DNA of 63,227 nucleotides, counting the filler, from Choristocarpus tenellus KU-1152 (Eukaryota > Protista > Phaeophyceae), in NCBI GenBank assembly GCA_964200185.2. It is 11 parts of 11 records of this genome, joined end to end, with 100 filler letters (N's around TTAATTAATTAA, not from the genome) between each part and the next. Parts side by side here need not be neighbours in the genome. Positions count along the whole stretch, not along the records: positions 1 to 5,934 come from CAXNAD020009375.1; positions 6,035 to 9,399 come from CAXNAD020020515.1; positions 9,500 to 14,304 come from CAXNAD020012990.1; 8 more parts are not named here. One strand, 5' to 3'. The translations under genes and the position numbers were made by a program. Below, one piece after another: positions 1 to 11,067 of this stretch. Position 1 is the stretch's first letter; every line of letters begins with the position of its first letter. The notes below the pieces were generated by a model. The model made no database searches, was not told the DNA's origin, and saw only the letters and a list, made by a program, of their open reading frames with translations.

Positions 1-197
1 GTTGTCCTGATCAGATATTCATTATGTGCCTCGATTATATGTTACACTTCATTTTGTATTAATGGAGTCGTGTAATACAATGGTGCAATAGTATACTAAC
101 AGTCACACATGTTTCCCATTTCGCTCCCAGAGCTCACTTCTTGGTTGACCTTGAATCATGTTTACATGGCTTCAAGGCTGATCAGAAGGGGGGGTGA

Positions 198-600
198 TGT
201 GGAAAGCATGTTTGTCTGTTGTTATGTCGTTATTTCCGTATGCGATATACCATTATACCGTTGTACCGATTGAGGTTCCTTGTCAAGCATCCATGGTTCC
301 ACTGGTGGACGTTCCGTCAGAATCAAACCATGGAATCTCTTCACGTGACCAATCCCACAGACTTGGGACAGCTCGTCATTCAGAGTTGTCACACATGGAA
401 GATCCACTTTGTTCTCATGTCTTGACTTGTAGTGATGAAGCCCCATCTTTGATGATGCTAATCACTCCTCTATTTCCACTTGTCCAACCTCGTACCCTCG
501 ATTGCGGTTCGTCTTTGTTTGTCTGGTCCGTCTTGCCCAGTGATTCTCTTCGCACCCTTGCCTGAGTGAATCACACCGCCAGAGAATCACATGATTCACA
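198..600 (+). mobile_element. LTR (family B) of an LTR retrotransposon, probably a 3' LTR
   Basis: Begins TGTGGAAAG and ends TTCACA (TG...CA). It is preceded by a polypurine tract AGAAGGGGGGG at ~184-194. A reverse-complement copy lies at 15834-16234. Confidence 0.75.
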
Positions 601-1311
601 AATGCTCTCTTAACACCTTGTAGATGTGTCAACGAAAACACCGAACCAATAGTACAAGCATTCTTCTAAAGTAGTAGACGTAAATGTGAAAGAAGAAAGG
701 TATCTATCCAAAACCTTCTTCTCTTACTACACTAACCTAATTCCTTTTCTTTCTCTCCATATATTTTCTGGATTATGGTGTTTTTTTGTTTTGTTGATGA
801 GGTGATTGTATTCTTCCTTTTCTTTTCATTCCTGTCGTTCCACTATTTTTGTTTCTTTTATGGTCCTTGTTACCTTTTGTTGAGTAACATACATTACCTT
901 CTCTAAACTACTTTGATCATTGACGTCAGAAAATCCCTTAGAATATAATAATAATATGATGAAAATAATAATGTAAAATATAAATAGTAGCAGTAAGTGA
1001 ACAAATCACTCACCAACAGAAATAGAAAAACGTCAAAACGCCCAGTGATCAAAGATTTCCCTCAACCTCCACGCGAGTAGGCTCGCGGCAAATTACTTCT
1101 ATAGTAGGTGTTTGAACTTAAGGATTTGAGAATCAACATAACAAAATCACCCTAAAAACAATAATATATACAAAAAGGTATCTCGTGTCAACGTCGATGA
1201 GAGCGTAGGTGGTAGAAGAGTGAAACGGCCTTGGAACTTCTCACACACAGGTCGGATTGCCTATGCTTCGAGCCTTCGCAGTGATAGTGTTCTGGAGGTG
1301 AAGGGTCAGGT

Positions 1312-4300
1312 ATGGCCTCCTCGCGCAGGGAAGCGGGGATTTCGACTGCACTTGTTACGTGCATTGTCTGGAGTCTTGCTCTACCATCAGAGGCATTTGT
1401 ACCAGGATGGGCGCCACAGCGAGGGTTGAAGGTCGGTAAAGGGATATCTAGGGCTAGAAAAATGGTTCCTTCCACTTGCGAGTGCCGAATGTCTGTTGGA
1501 GAGGGTGAGGGTGGGGCGGTGGAGGTGCTCAAGCGTGCTGGTGTGGGGTTGCTGGCTGGTCTCCTCTTCAGTTCTGGGATAGCTGGGCCAGGGTTGGCGG
1601 CATTGGCGGATACTGGGTTGGCAGGGCCAACTTCCTCGGTTACTGTAGAGCAGTTGCAAAAGTATGATGGGTTTGAGGACTACGCAGCACAGGGGCAACA
1701 GATGGAGGACAGCGATGTGGGCTGCTTTGCAAATGAGTGCAAGCATGAGACTGCGTCGTGTTTCACTGATGGCAGCTGCCTCAAGGTTAGAGACCCGTTT
1801 AGATGGAATTCAGTTGACGTTGACATTAATATTCTAACAACCTCGCAGAACTGACCGAGTTGATCCCAATCTGTCCCCCATGTATATACAACATGAAAGC
1901 TCCTCGGCTGGGGCCTCGTGCAATCAATCGTCATGCTAAAAGATGGGAAACTGGTTGTAAGGAGGGATTCCTCTTCACAATCGAGTTCTGCTTGCCGATT
2001 TGACTTAACCTTTAAGCTTCAGAGTTGAAGCTGTGCGAAGCACGGGCATGACTATTTTCGACCAAGGTTGAGATGAAACCGTTTTATTGAGCGCTACACC
2101 CTCCAACTCCCACTGTTAGCATTAATCATTTCAAACCAACGGCATCACAATCTCCTCTTTTCAACACTACGTGGCATCTCAGACTTTTTTGGACTTCGTT
2201 GCATTTATGTATTTCTGTCCTTCATTGGGCGACTTCAAGGTGTTTCCTACTGCCCTACCTATGAGTCACTTCTGTACTGATGATCTACCATCCTTTGCAC
2301 ACCATCCTTTTTCGATTCTCTCGTGGATCAGGGTGTGACGTGCTTGGGAAGGTGTAAAGGGGAGCAGGAGTGTGCGACACGTTGCTTTGCGCAGTACGGG
2401 AGTGAAAAGCTAGACTCCTGGCTGACTTGTACTTTAGAGGTAGGTGACTAGGCTGCATAATTTGATGCGAGATTTTGCATTTTGGGATGTTATTTTTATG
2501 GCATTAATACATTTGTCCATAATTGGGTTGACCAGACACACACTTGTGTTCATCTCAATACAGATGAAAACAAGTTTAATGTCTTCTGAACAGTTTTTGA
2601 GGGACAGTCAGTGCTCCAGTCAATAAGCTGCAGTACTGCTCTAGATGGTTTGTTTTGGGTTACGAGGTTGGTTGTAGTCATCACTAGGTGGGATTATATC
2701 ATAAATGAGCACTTGCTGCAGCCTGAATAAACAAATTCACTCCTTGTTCCAATTCATAGGACCATAGCTGCGTAAAGATTCCAAAGGACATGGACTTCTC
2801 AATAATTGACAAGGACCCTCCAAAGATTGTGCGGGGCTTTGATGCGAAAACCCTTCAGGGGACATGGTACAAGGTGTGTGCATTTAATCAATTTTTATCA
2901 AAATATCCCGAAGGGGAGGGGCTTAGGGGAGCACAAGTTTAGTCATAATGGTGCTATATTTCCTGAACTTGTTTTAATCATTTTTACGGAAGACAGGTCT
3001 TTCCTATCAACAGAGATCCTGCTCACCCCAGCTGGTGACTGGTTGGCCTTGTGATTGTGTGCGTGTTTTCCTTTCTTGTCTTGGAAGAGCAGTTTCATGT
3101 TGATTGCAATAGCTTCTCTAGCACATGGTGTGTTACATGGTTGTTGAGTTGTGCTATGAATTGCTCCGACTGTTGTGTTTATTGTTCTGGAACTTTGTGT
3201 ATTGAACCTCCAATACACTCATTAAGATATAAATTTAGTTTCATGAGACCATTGACTGTATCTTCTGATAGGGTGATGAAGACTGTGCATTACATTTGCC
3301 ACACATTTGATGTAACACCATGGATAGGTCATGGGGGTCAACAAGAAGTACGACTGCTTTGACTGCCAGCGAAACACCTTTTCAGTGGCTGATGGTGTGG
3401 GGGGGGAAGATGGTGGACAGGTTGCTGATATCAAGGTCAACTTTCGACTGGCCAAGCCGGATTCAAATGATTTTTGGGAAAACACCATCAATGAGAAGCT
3501 TGAGGTGAGCAGTGACCTCTCAAAATTTTACCATGTCTTTCTATTGTGACTCTCAATCCCACTCTATTGACTAGTTGGGTGTGACGGACCTGTGTGTTGT
3601 GTATGAGCAAGAGATCAAAGTAACTTGTCAGGTGAAACATTGCATCCATTACCCTGTATTAAATTTAGCATTACTTCTCTACACAAGGATCTATCTATCC
3701 ATCCAAATTGGATGGTGGTCTTTTCCCAAAGTGGCTTTTTGTATACAATGTTCCCCTTGTGGTCACTGCACTACTTTATTACTACTTGGAGAGGTCATTA
3801 AATGGCAAGTATTTGCCGCTTTAGCCTGGGACCTATTCTGTCATGTGATCAGAGGAATTACAGAATGCATTATCCTCAAAATTCTTAGTGCAGGAAACTC
3901 ACTGCACTTGATATTATTTCATTGCCTCTTTGTGTTTTGACTTCAGTCATCGCACCGCTCATTACTTGGTCTACTCCCTTCAAAATTAATTTTGTGCTGG
4001 TCCCATCTTGGTGTTGCATGACAACCTGACAATGAAATCTTGAATATGTTGTGGTGATTCCTGTGTTTTTGTGTTACAGTGATAGGATTGTGTCATTCAT
4101 CTTTAGTGCTCATTGTGTGTGTCATTCATCTTTGGTACTCATTGTGTGGACTTTGAATCGGGAGCCGATTTTTCCTGAAGAGAATTATGGTGTCAGAGTA
4201 TTCAAGGTCACCAAGTTCATGCAGGGAACACTGTTCATTGATCACAGCAATGAAAATACTCCTCACATTGATAGGCATGGTTTTGTGTGTTGATTCCTCT

Positions 4301-5688
4301 TCTGTCAACTCCTACACACCTTCTGTGCACTCGGTAGAACTCTCAACTAAATTAATTAAACATCATTTGGGATAAATACGTAATACACCTTGACATCAGA
4401 TAAGTTCTTCCATTCTGCTTTCAAGGCAACTGACCTCCCTACCCTAGTTCCCTGCCCACATGAAATATCACCATCTCACCATTTCCACTTGCCCCATGCC
4501 CTCCAATTCAGGTTGACCCTGTGGGTTCTTGTCGAACCTTCCACACAAATGGAAAACTTTTTGGGCTGACTTTCAAGGAGAATTGGTGAGCTGTTCTTGT
4601 AGTGATGAGTATGTGTTAAGTGTTCTATGTCAGATAGGTTTGTTGTCCTTCGTTGAGACCCTCTCATATGCTTTGAAGGTCATGCGTTTGTTGAGGTGAT
4701 AAAAAGATTTTTGCAAATAGATTTATTGTTTTTTCATTTCCTTTGCCGACCAATATATTTCTTCTACAGTTCTACAAAATAGGCTCCACCCCTATCCATG
4801 GTCCCGCTCATCCCACTCACATGACTGACTACTGTTGCTCAAGACTAGAAAGGTTCTACTTGCAATTTGGAAACTAATTTTTCCATATCCGAAATAATAT
4901 TTTGTTGTGTCCAACATCAATACGTACATTAAACTGGATCCTCTCACAAAATGTAGCTGTGGACAGCACTGGAAGTGGTGACCTTCAATTTACTTGATTG
5001 TGCCTTCCTCAAGGAAATTTTTATAATATCTTAACCATTATGCATGTAAAGCATGTTTAAATGGTAAATCCCTGTTGTTCAAGTGGTGGGAGAAGGAGAC
5101 AGGTAGACATAGGTAGACATAGTTTGGAGAAAGCCCTCTTCGTCCTGCAGAATGGCAGCACTTTTTATGCATAGCTTCAAGGAGAGCTGTGATACCATCT
5201 ATCCTGTTGATTGTGATTGATTGTTATTGATTACAATTTTCCCAGTAGTGGGTAGGGGGTTGATTGACGGGGAATGGACCACGCTGCTCACAAGACTGAA
5301 CAGATCCCCATCTGAACAACAGTACAAGAGAAATATGCTCAGCTTCCCACATTTTTTAGTTGTGGAGGGTGACTATTTTGTATTCCAAGTTGGAGCATTG
5401 TTGGTTTTGCCTCTTTTATATCCTGTCTTTGCTTATGCTGTGAATGTGCTTTGCAGAAGGCTTGATTGAACATTACCTTGACCAGTGCCTGTCCCTCAAC
5501 CCCTCCCCCCTACTGTGATATCTGTGATTAGGTACGTGACTGGGTTATCTGAAGATCCGGGCATGGAGTTTGTGTTTGTCCAGTACAAGGGGCACACTTT
5601 GCAAGGCAGCTATGATGGAGGTTTTGTTTATGCCAAGAAGCCCACACTTCCCAAGGGAGCATTATCTAAAGTTGCTAAGGTTGCTAGG
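1312..5688 (+). CDS. VDL1: Violaxanthin de-epoxidase-like protein (VDL1-type, plastid-targeted lipocalin-family xanthophyll enzyme); 3' end missing at contig break
   Basis: In-phase GT-AG exons 1312-1785, 2332-2439, 2760-2873, 3328-3504, 4512-4585, 5532-5688. Signal peptide ends in SEA-F (ASAF-like cleavage motif). Cys-rich domain KYDGFEDYA..SDVGCFANECK..CLKGVTCLGRCKGEQECATRCFAQYGSEKLDSWLTCTLEDHSCVKIPK is followed by lipocalin motifs GTWYKVMGVNKKYDCFDCQRNTF, FWENTINE, HTNGKLFGLTFKENWY and YKGHTLQGSYDGGFVYAK. VDL family is secure; VDL1 versus VDL2 rests on recalled diatom sequences. Confidence 0.9.
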
Positions 5689-5836
5689 GTAAGAGTGTGT
5701 TGTCACTGTCCTCTCATGCATTAGCATCCAAAGGTGCCATGTTTTGTCTTTTTTCCTATGACAGATGAGTTATCCTACACACATTACCCCTGTTGTCTCT
5801 TTCTTTTGATAATGAGAACATTGATTAGTTCTGTTT

Positions 5837-5934
5837 GGGTCAAAGTATCTGGGGGGGGGGGGGGGGGGGGGTTTGTGAGGGGGCATCCGTTTCGGTCCAA
5901 CAATTTTTTTTTGCTTACATTTCAAATCCGACAC
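5837..5934 (+). mobile_element. Left end of poly-G MITE (family 2), truncated by contig end
   Basis: GGGTCAAAGTATCT followed by a G-run and GTTTGTGAGGG. The same terminus occurs at 17623, and the reverse complement at 14405-14443. Confidence 0.65.
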
Positions 5935-6034
5935 NNNNNNNNNNNNNNNNNNNNNNNNNNNNNNNNNNNNNNNNNNNNTTAATTAATTAANNNNNNNNNN
6001 NNNNNNNNNNNNNNNNNNNNNNNNNNNNNNNNNN
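5935..6034. other. Artificial contig-joining spacer (N44-TTAATTAATTAA-N44)
   Basis: Identical 100-nt spacer with stops in all six frames. It recurs at 9400-9499, 14305-14404, 17845-17944, 25454-25553, 40275-40374, 45450-45549, 48323-48422, 52428-52527 and 57077-57176. Confidence 0.98.
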
Positions 6035-7474
6035 GGGGGGTAATAACAAGGTGAAAGGTAGTGATAATGGTGAAGGGGGTGGGGGGGGAGGGGATCGCAA
6101 GAAGGAAGTCAAAGCTGGGGGAGGGGGGGGGGCAAAGGGCGAGGGAAGGGAAAAGCCAAGATTAAACTCAAAGGGAAAGACGAATCAATGCTGCGGGCTA
6201 GCCACAGGCCTGATGGGGAAGATAGTGGGGGTAGGGTTGGAGGGAGAGATCGGGGGGGGAATGATTGTGCTGAGGCCCGAGGGTTGAGGGAGGACTTGGG
6301 GGGTTATGAAAGTGATGTGGATGGTCATGCTGGGGTTGCGGATAAACTGGGGAGGGATCGTGGGGGGGGAAAGGATGGTAATACCCCCAACCGTTGTAGT
6401 GGAAAGGTGAAGAAACGTCCCCGTGAGGATTGGGATGGTAGCAGCGATGACGACCAAAGGTGAGCTAGAATGAAACGTTTATCTTATCTACCAAAGTGTA
6501 GAGTGTGAGAGGTATGTTGCAGTTGGCATGCATATGTGTGCTGATTGGTATCAAGGGTTAGGGTGGGTTAGGGTTGGTTATTTAATTTAATTTCTTAGGC
6601 TGTAGCTGACTATTGGTGTATGTTACGGATATGTGGGCTATGAATAAGGAGTCCTTGAACTGATGTTGTGATAATGCCTTACAGCATTCTTCAATATGCA
6701 GCATGTTTTTTTCCAAGTATGGTACGCATCTAATACTCTTTGAGGGATACAAATTAGTTACCTTAAAAGATCACCTTTCATTCATTCAAGCACTTGAGAG
6801 TATGTCGTAGCTGACCGTGCTATGTAGCCCTGCTGGACTTGAAAGACTTTTCCTAGCAGGGCTTCTTTATCATGGGTCAGAATGTAGTAAATTGTTCAAT
6901 GTAGTAGAAGATTGGAATAGTATTGATACATATACAATAGAATGTTCTATTGGTTGTTCTATTGGTTGAGAGTACCCTGGAATGTCATGACGTATTGATA
7001 ACATTATTTGTAGGCAGTGATACTACAGTGCCAAATACGGTACTTCTAACACAGTAGTATGTGGTAGATCTTCCATGGTACATTGCCCTTGGTACTCATA
7101 CATGGCTATTGCCCCCCAAAATCAGAATGTTGAATACTTACATTGAGCACAAAAAAATACAAAGCATAAGGAATGAAGCAATGTATTGGTGCCCTCACGC
7201 AGTTTCAACTTTCACCTCACTTATCTTCTCCTTCTCCATGTCTGTATCTGACCCACTCTTGCTGCCAATGCCTATGGCCTGGATTCTCCTCGGTTGCCCT
7301 TCCTACCCCCTCCCCACCATCTCTTGTGGGGGTGAAATGCCACTCGACTGTTTATGTCTGTTTATGTCTGACAGTAACCGTGGAAAGGGCAAGAAGCAAC
7401 CAGGAACCAAACTGGGGAGATCACCGGGGTTGACAAAGGCAGGGGGACGAGGTGGCCGAAGGGGGACTCGTTAG
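6035..7474 (+). CDS. 3' end of an unknown gene with a Gly/Lys/Arg/Asp-rich low-complexity C-terminus
   Basis: Open frame ...KVKKRPREDWDGSSDDDQ ends at donor AG|GTGAG (6459). Acceptor CTGACAG| at 7375 continues in matching phase as SNRGKGKKQPG...GRRGTR* (7474). An upstream stop at 6071 in this frame is probably a poly-G length error. Confidence 0.5.
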
Positions 7475-9499
7475 GGGTCATAATTGAAGAGAACGAATTT
7501 ATGTGGTTTGTGTTTGAGGATTGAACTGAGTTCGCTCAGGATGTTGTGTGGTATTGAAAACTTTGAACGATGACTACCATAATCATAGAGGGGCTCAAGA
7601 TGCTATGTGTGTGGCAGCAGTCACTTTTATGGATACTCTGAGTGAGGCGTGTGCAGCATGACCGTCTTTAGTTTTGTCGTGCTGAAGATTGGTGAACCAT
7701 CGTGTGTTCGATCTGCTGGTGTAGCCCAGCTTGTTTGAAGGGAGCGAGGTCACTTGACAAGTTCTAAGTAGAGTTTGTTGTACCGTTGAATCAGTGACAA
7801 TGGGGATTATTCTACCCTATGGTAGGCAGCCCACTGTTCATTGAAATCCCATGTTCTGTGCTTTTGCGATCAGTGTTGATCGCCATTGTTGTTGTTTGAT
7901 TGACTCGATAGGTTAGCTGATGATCATAATGAACAGTGATTGGTTGAGGTAGCTCGCTGGTGGTGGTGTGTATCAGCAGGCATCTACCAAACAATCTAGA
8001 GTTGTTCAGGAGAAGCAGAAGATCTGATTATATTGGTCTTATACTGTGGCGTTCCTTACTCGAAACATGTCCATGCATGCCTCATAATCTATTCTATTTC
8101 ATGCATAGTCTACCCTGATGGTTGGAATGCTTCCCCTACAAGTACAATATCCTCCTATGTGTTGTACAGTCCCTGGCCTTTCTTAGATAAGAAAAAAACG
8201 GACAAGCTTTTGATGGAGCTGGTGGCATGGGAATTGGGCAGGGTCGTATGTCTGATGGACTAGGTCTTAATGTGAATGTCGATGTCATGCACAGGCTCCA
8301 CAATTCAAGTGCACATTTAGCTGGGTCATTTCCTTCGGCACAGGTAGTCACATACGCCCCCAGGCACAGCTCACCCTTTCTGCACTGGCACAATTCTCCC
8401 CCTTTCCTCCTGGTGGTGCTGGATACTCTAGCAGGCAAGGCCGGATCTTATCCTTCTCTTTCCCCCCCAGCACACAGCCTCCCAATAGCTACCCAGGCAC
8501 ATCTTCCCCCTGTTCCTTTTCTCCCGGAGCTGTTGGAGCATGGCAGGTACCTACTGGTAGGGCTTCCACTTCCTGTCCCTTCCCTGCTCCCACAGTTCAC
8601 CTGTTTCCCAACCACAGCCCTGTGCGTGTGAGACTCTAACTTTAGCCCTGAGGGACCTACAGTCTGTAGAACCATGTCATGGCAATGGAAGGCTGAAAGT
8701 AGCCGATGGGATTATTGCAATCGAGACACATGAGTATTCAATAGGATTAAAGTAGAAGGTTCGTCTGAGCCAGTGGAATTCTGTGACAAGTCTCGAGGAA
8801 ACGACTGCAAAGTGAGGTGCAGGGACAAGTACAAAAAACGAATGTTGAAAGGAATACGTATGAGGCAAAGGTTTGCCATTGCAAGATATTCATCTGAGAC
8901 ACTGATGTGAACACAGAGGCAAAAATATGGAGGGCAGACCACACTCCTACCTTGACGTTCTTTCTGCATTACCCATAATATTGTGGATCCTAAACCTCCC
9001 CATCAACACTTTCCACGTGGTGGAAAGTGTGATGAAGAGAATGAGTCCTTACCCCCATACTCCTCCATATATCTTCAGGAACGTCACTTTGTCCATTTGA
9101 GTGGCAGGAAGTAGTAAGTTGTGAAAGTAGATGGAACAGTTGTGTACAAGTTCCACACTGTGCTTCATAGAAAGCTGACATGACTGCATAAATGCAATGG
9201 AGAGGCAAACAGCATCGGGATACTAATGAATGTTTGTGGCTGAGGTTACCAAGTACAAATCAAGAGCGAAACCAATTGAGAGGTAGGAAGGGTTTGCATG
9301 GCAAGGATCCCGAGAAAGGGTAAACATACCCCACTTTGTACAATTGCGGAAAGAGCCATTGCTTATTGTTTGTTGTGGTGTCCCCTTGTGTATGGAAAGN
9401 NNNNNNNNNNNNNNNNNNNNNNNNNNNNNNNNNNNNNNNNNNNTTAATTAATTAANNNNNNNNNNNNNNNNNNNNNNNNNNNNNNNNNNNNNNNNNNNN

Positions 9500-9556
9500 A
9501 AGCCCCACAAATGGACAAACAGGGGAAAATTCGTACCCTCTAAGATAGCTTCACTC
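9500..9556 (+). mobile_element. MITE family 1, right end only
   Basis: AAATGGACAAACAGGG...GTACCCTCTAAGATAGCTTCACTC matches the family right terminus. Confidence 0.8.
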
Positions 9557-9569
9557 TGATCTCTCGTCG

Positions 9570-10670
9570 CCTGGTCAGGCAGGGTCATGTGCGAATCTGT
9601 AATTTCCCGTTCGATCCATTCCAACAATTTTTGTGCGGCTCCTTGTCAAAAGCCTCAATCTCATTGACAAAAGAATTGCTTGATCTAACTACTAAAATAT
9701 TGTTACACAGTACAGATCCGACACAATATGATCGTCACATCCCTACCCTATTGCAGGAATATTTTGAACGATCTCGTTATTCTTTGAAATGCGAAAATTT
9801 ATCTATATTGGTTGGTGGCAAACTCTATTACAGAGTACTTTGAGGTGAGATAAACATGCAGATAAAGTTTGGACTGCTATAAAAAATATAATCGTTTCTC
9901 CTATTTCTTCAGACCATCAGATAGGTTAAGTAAGGGGTACCTTATTTATGTCAAGACCAAGGAGTAGGGGATATTGTGTGGCAAATGATCCTAGTTGATT
10001 GACTGAATGAAACATGGTTGAATAACTTTCAGGAAGGATTCATTGTTACCAGAAGAGTTACGATAGTTTTTGCATGCTATTGAAGTCTAAAAATTGACAG
10101 TCCTTGTAAGTATTCCTTCCTTGTCATTCTTCCATGTAACGAACTGTTCAGTCCTCGTCACAAAGCTTACTGTCAACGGGATACCGGATATTGCCTTCTA
10201 ACGTACCAGGTGGGAAAACTTCGTAATGGCGCACATTCACCATTTTCATGCGTTCAAAGTTCACTGCATGAAAATTTGACTCCACCCCTTCGCCAGGTAA
10301 ATAGTGATAACGAAACCTCCAGTTGCTCAAAGGATTATCTAATCGTACTCAAGAGTATGGCGATCTTTGCTATGATAGGCATATTGAGCACTCTACCTGA
10401 GCCCCCTACCTGCCCAATGCACTCTTTTCATGCATGCATTCCATTACAAATGTAAATTACAACAACAATCAATAATGCCATTGATCTACTTCTTTTAAGG
10501 CACTGCTTACCGCACTCCAAATTTGCCTGTTGTTTCTGAATATACTCCATTTTTAGTGCTATGTTGGTGCGGTCAACACATACAACTCTCTTCCAGTCAG
10601 TCACACTGGTGAAATACCCCATCCCATAATGAATGAGACACCTGTGAAAATGAGCCTCGCATTCCATCTA
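9570..10670 (-). pseudogene. Possible highly degenerate DDE transposase (PIF/Harbinger-like)
   Basis: Broken minus-strand frames give VVCVDRTNIAL (cf. Harbinger IDGTHI) and HYLPGEG (cf. YLLGDSG) in the expected order, with many stops and frameshifts. Confidence 0.25.
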
Positions 10671-10813
10671 TATACCCTGATTATTTACACTTGGCCTGGC
10701 AATAAAACGAAAGTTAGTTTCTACATTCTAACACATAAAATCGTCATAAACACAACTGTCAGTCACCCTTTCAACCGTCTGAGGCCAAAGAGGTTGCTCT
10801 ACTGCACCACACC

Positions 10814-11067
10814 AAGTCAAAGTATCTTACAGGGTGGAGCCGCGTCCATTTGGGGATCAAAATCAAATGTTGCAATTTTGATGTAATTTTCAGTCTTTTT
10901 TGTTAGGAAATATCAATGTCCTTGTTCTGGACACTCCTTTTCATAGCTGTACACATTTTACCTACTCCAAAATATTTTGGAGTAGGTAAAATGTCACTAA
11001 AAACCCGTGGGCAGCCAAGCCCCAAATGTACAGGGAAAAAATCGTACCCTCTAAGATACTTTAACTC
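10814..11067 (+). mobile_element. MITE family 1 (Sola2-like), full copy
   Basis: AAGTCAAAGTATCTTACAGGGT ... TACCCTCTAAGATACTTTAACTC. Internal sequence is collinear with the other copies; the TSD has decayed. Confidence 0.85.

Noticed and set aside
194-565. 123-aa ORF at the window start
   Set aside because: It lies almost entirely within an LTR that has a second copy at 15834-16234.
5979-5990. Recurring TTAATTAATTAA motif as a biological site
   Set aside because: It is always centred in identical N-runs and is a six-frame stop linker added during assembly.
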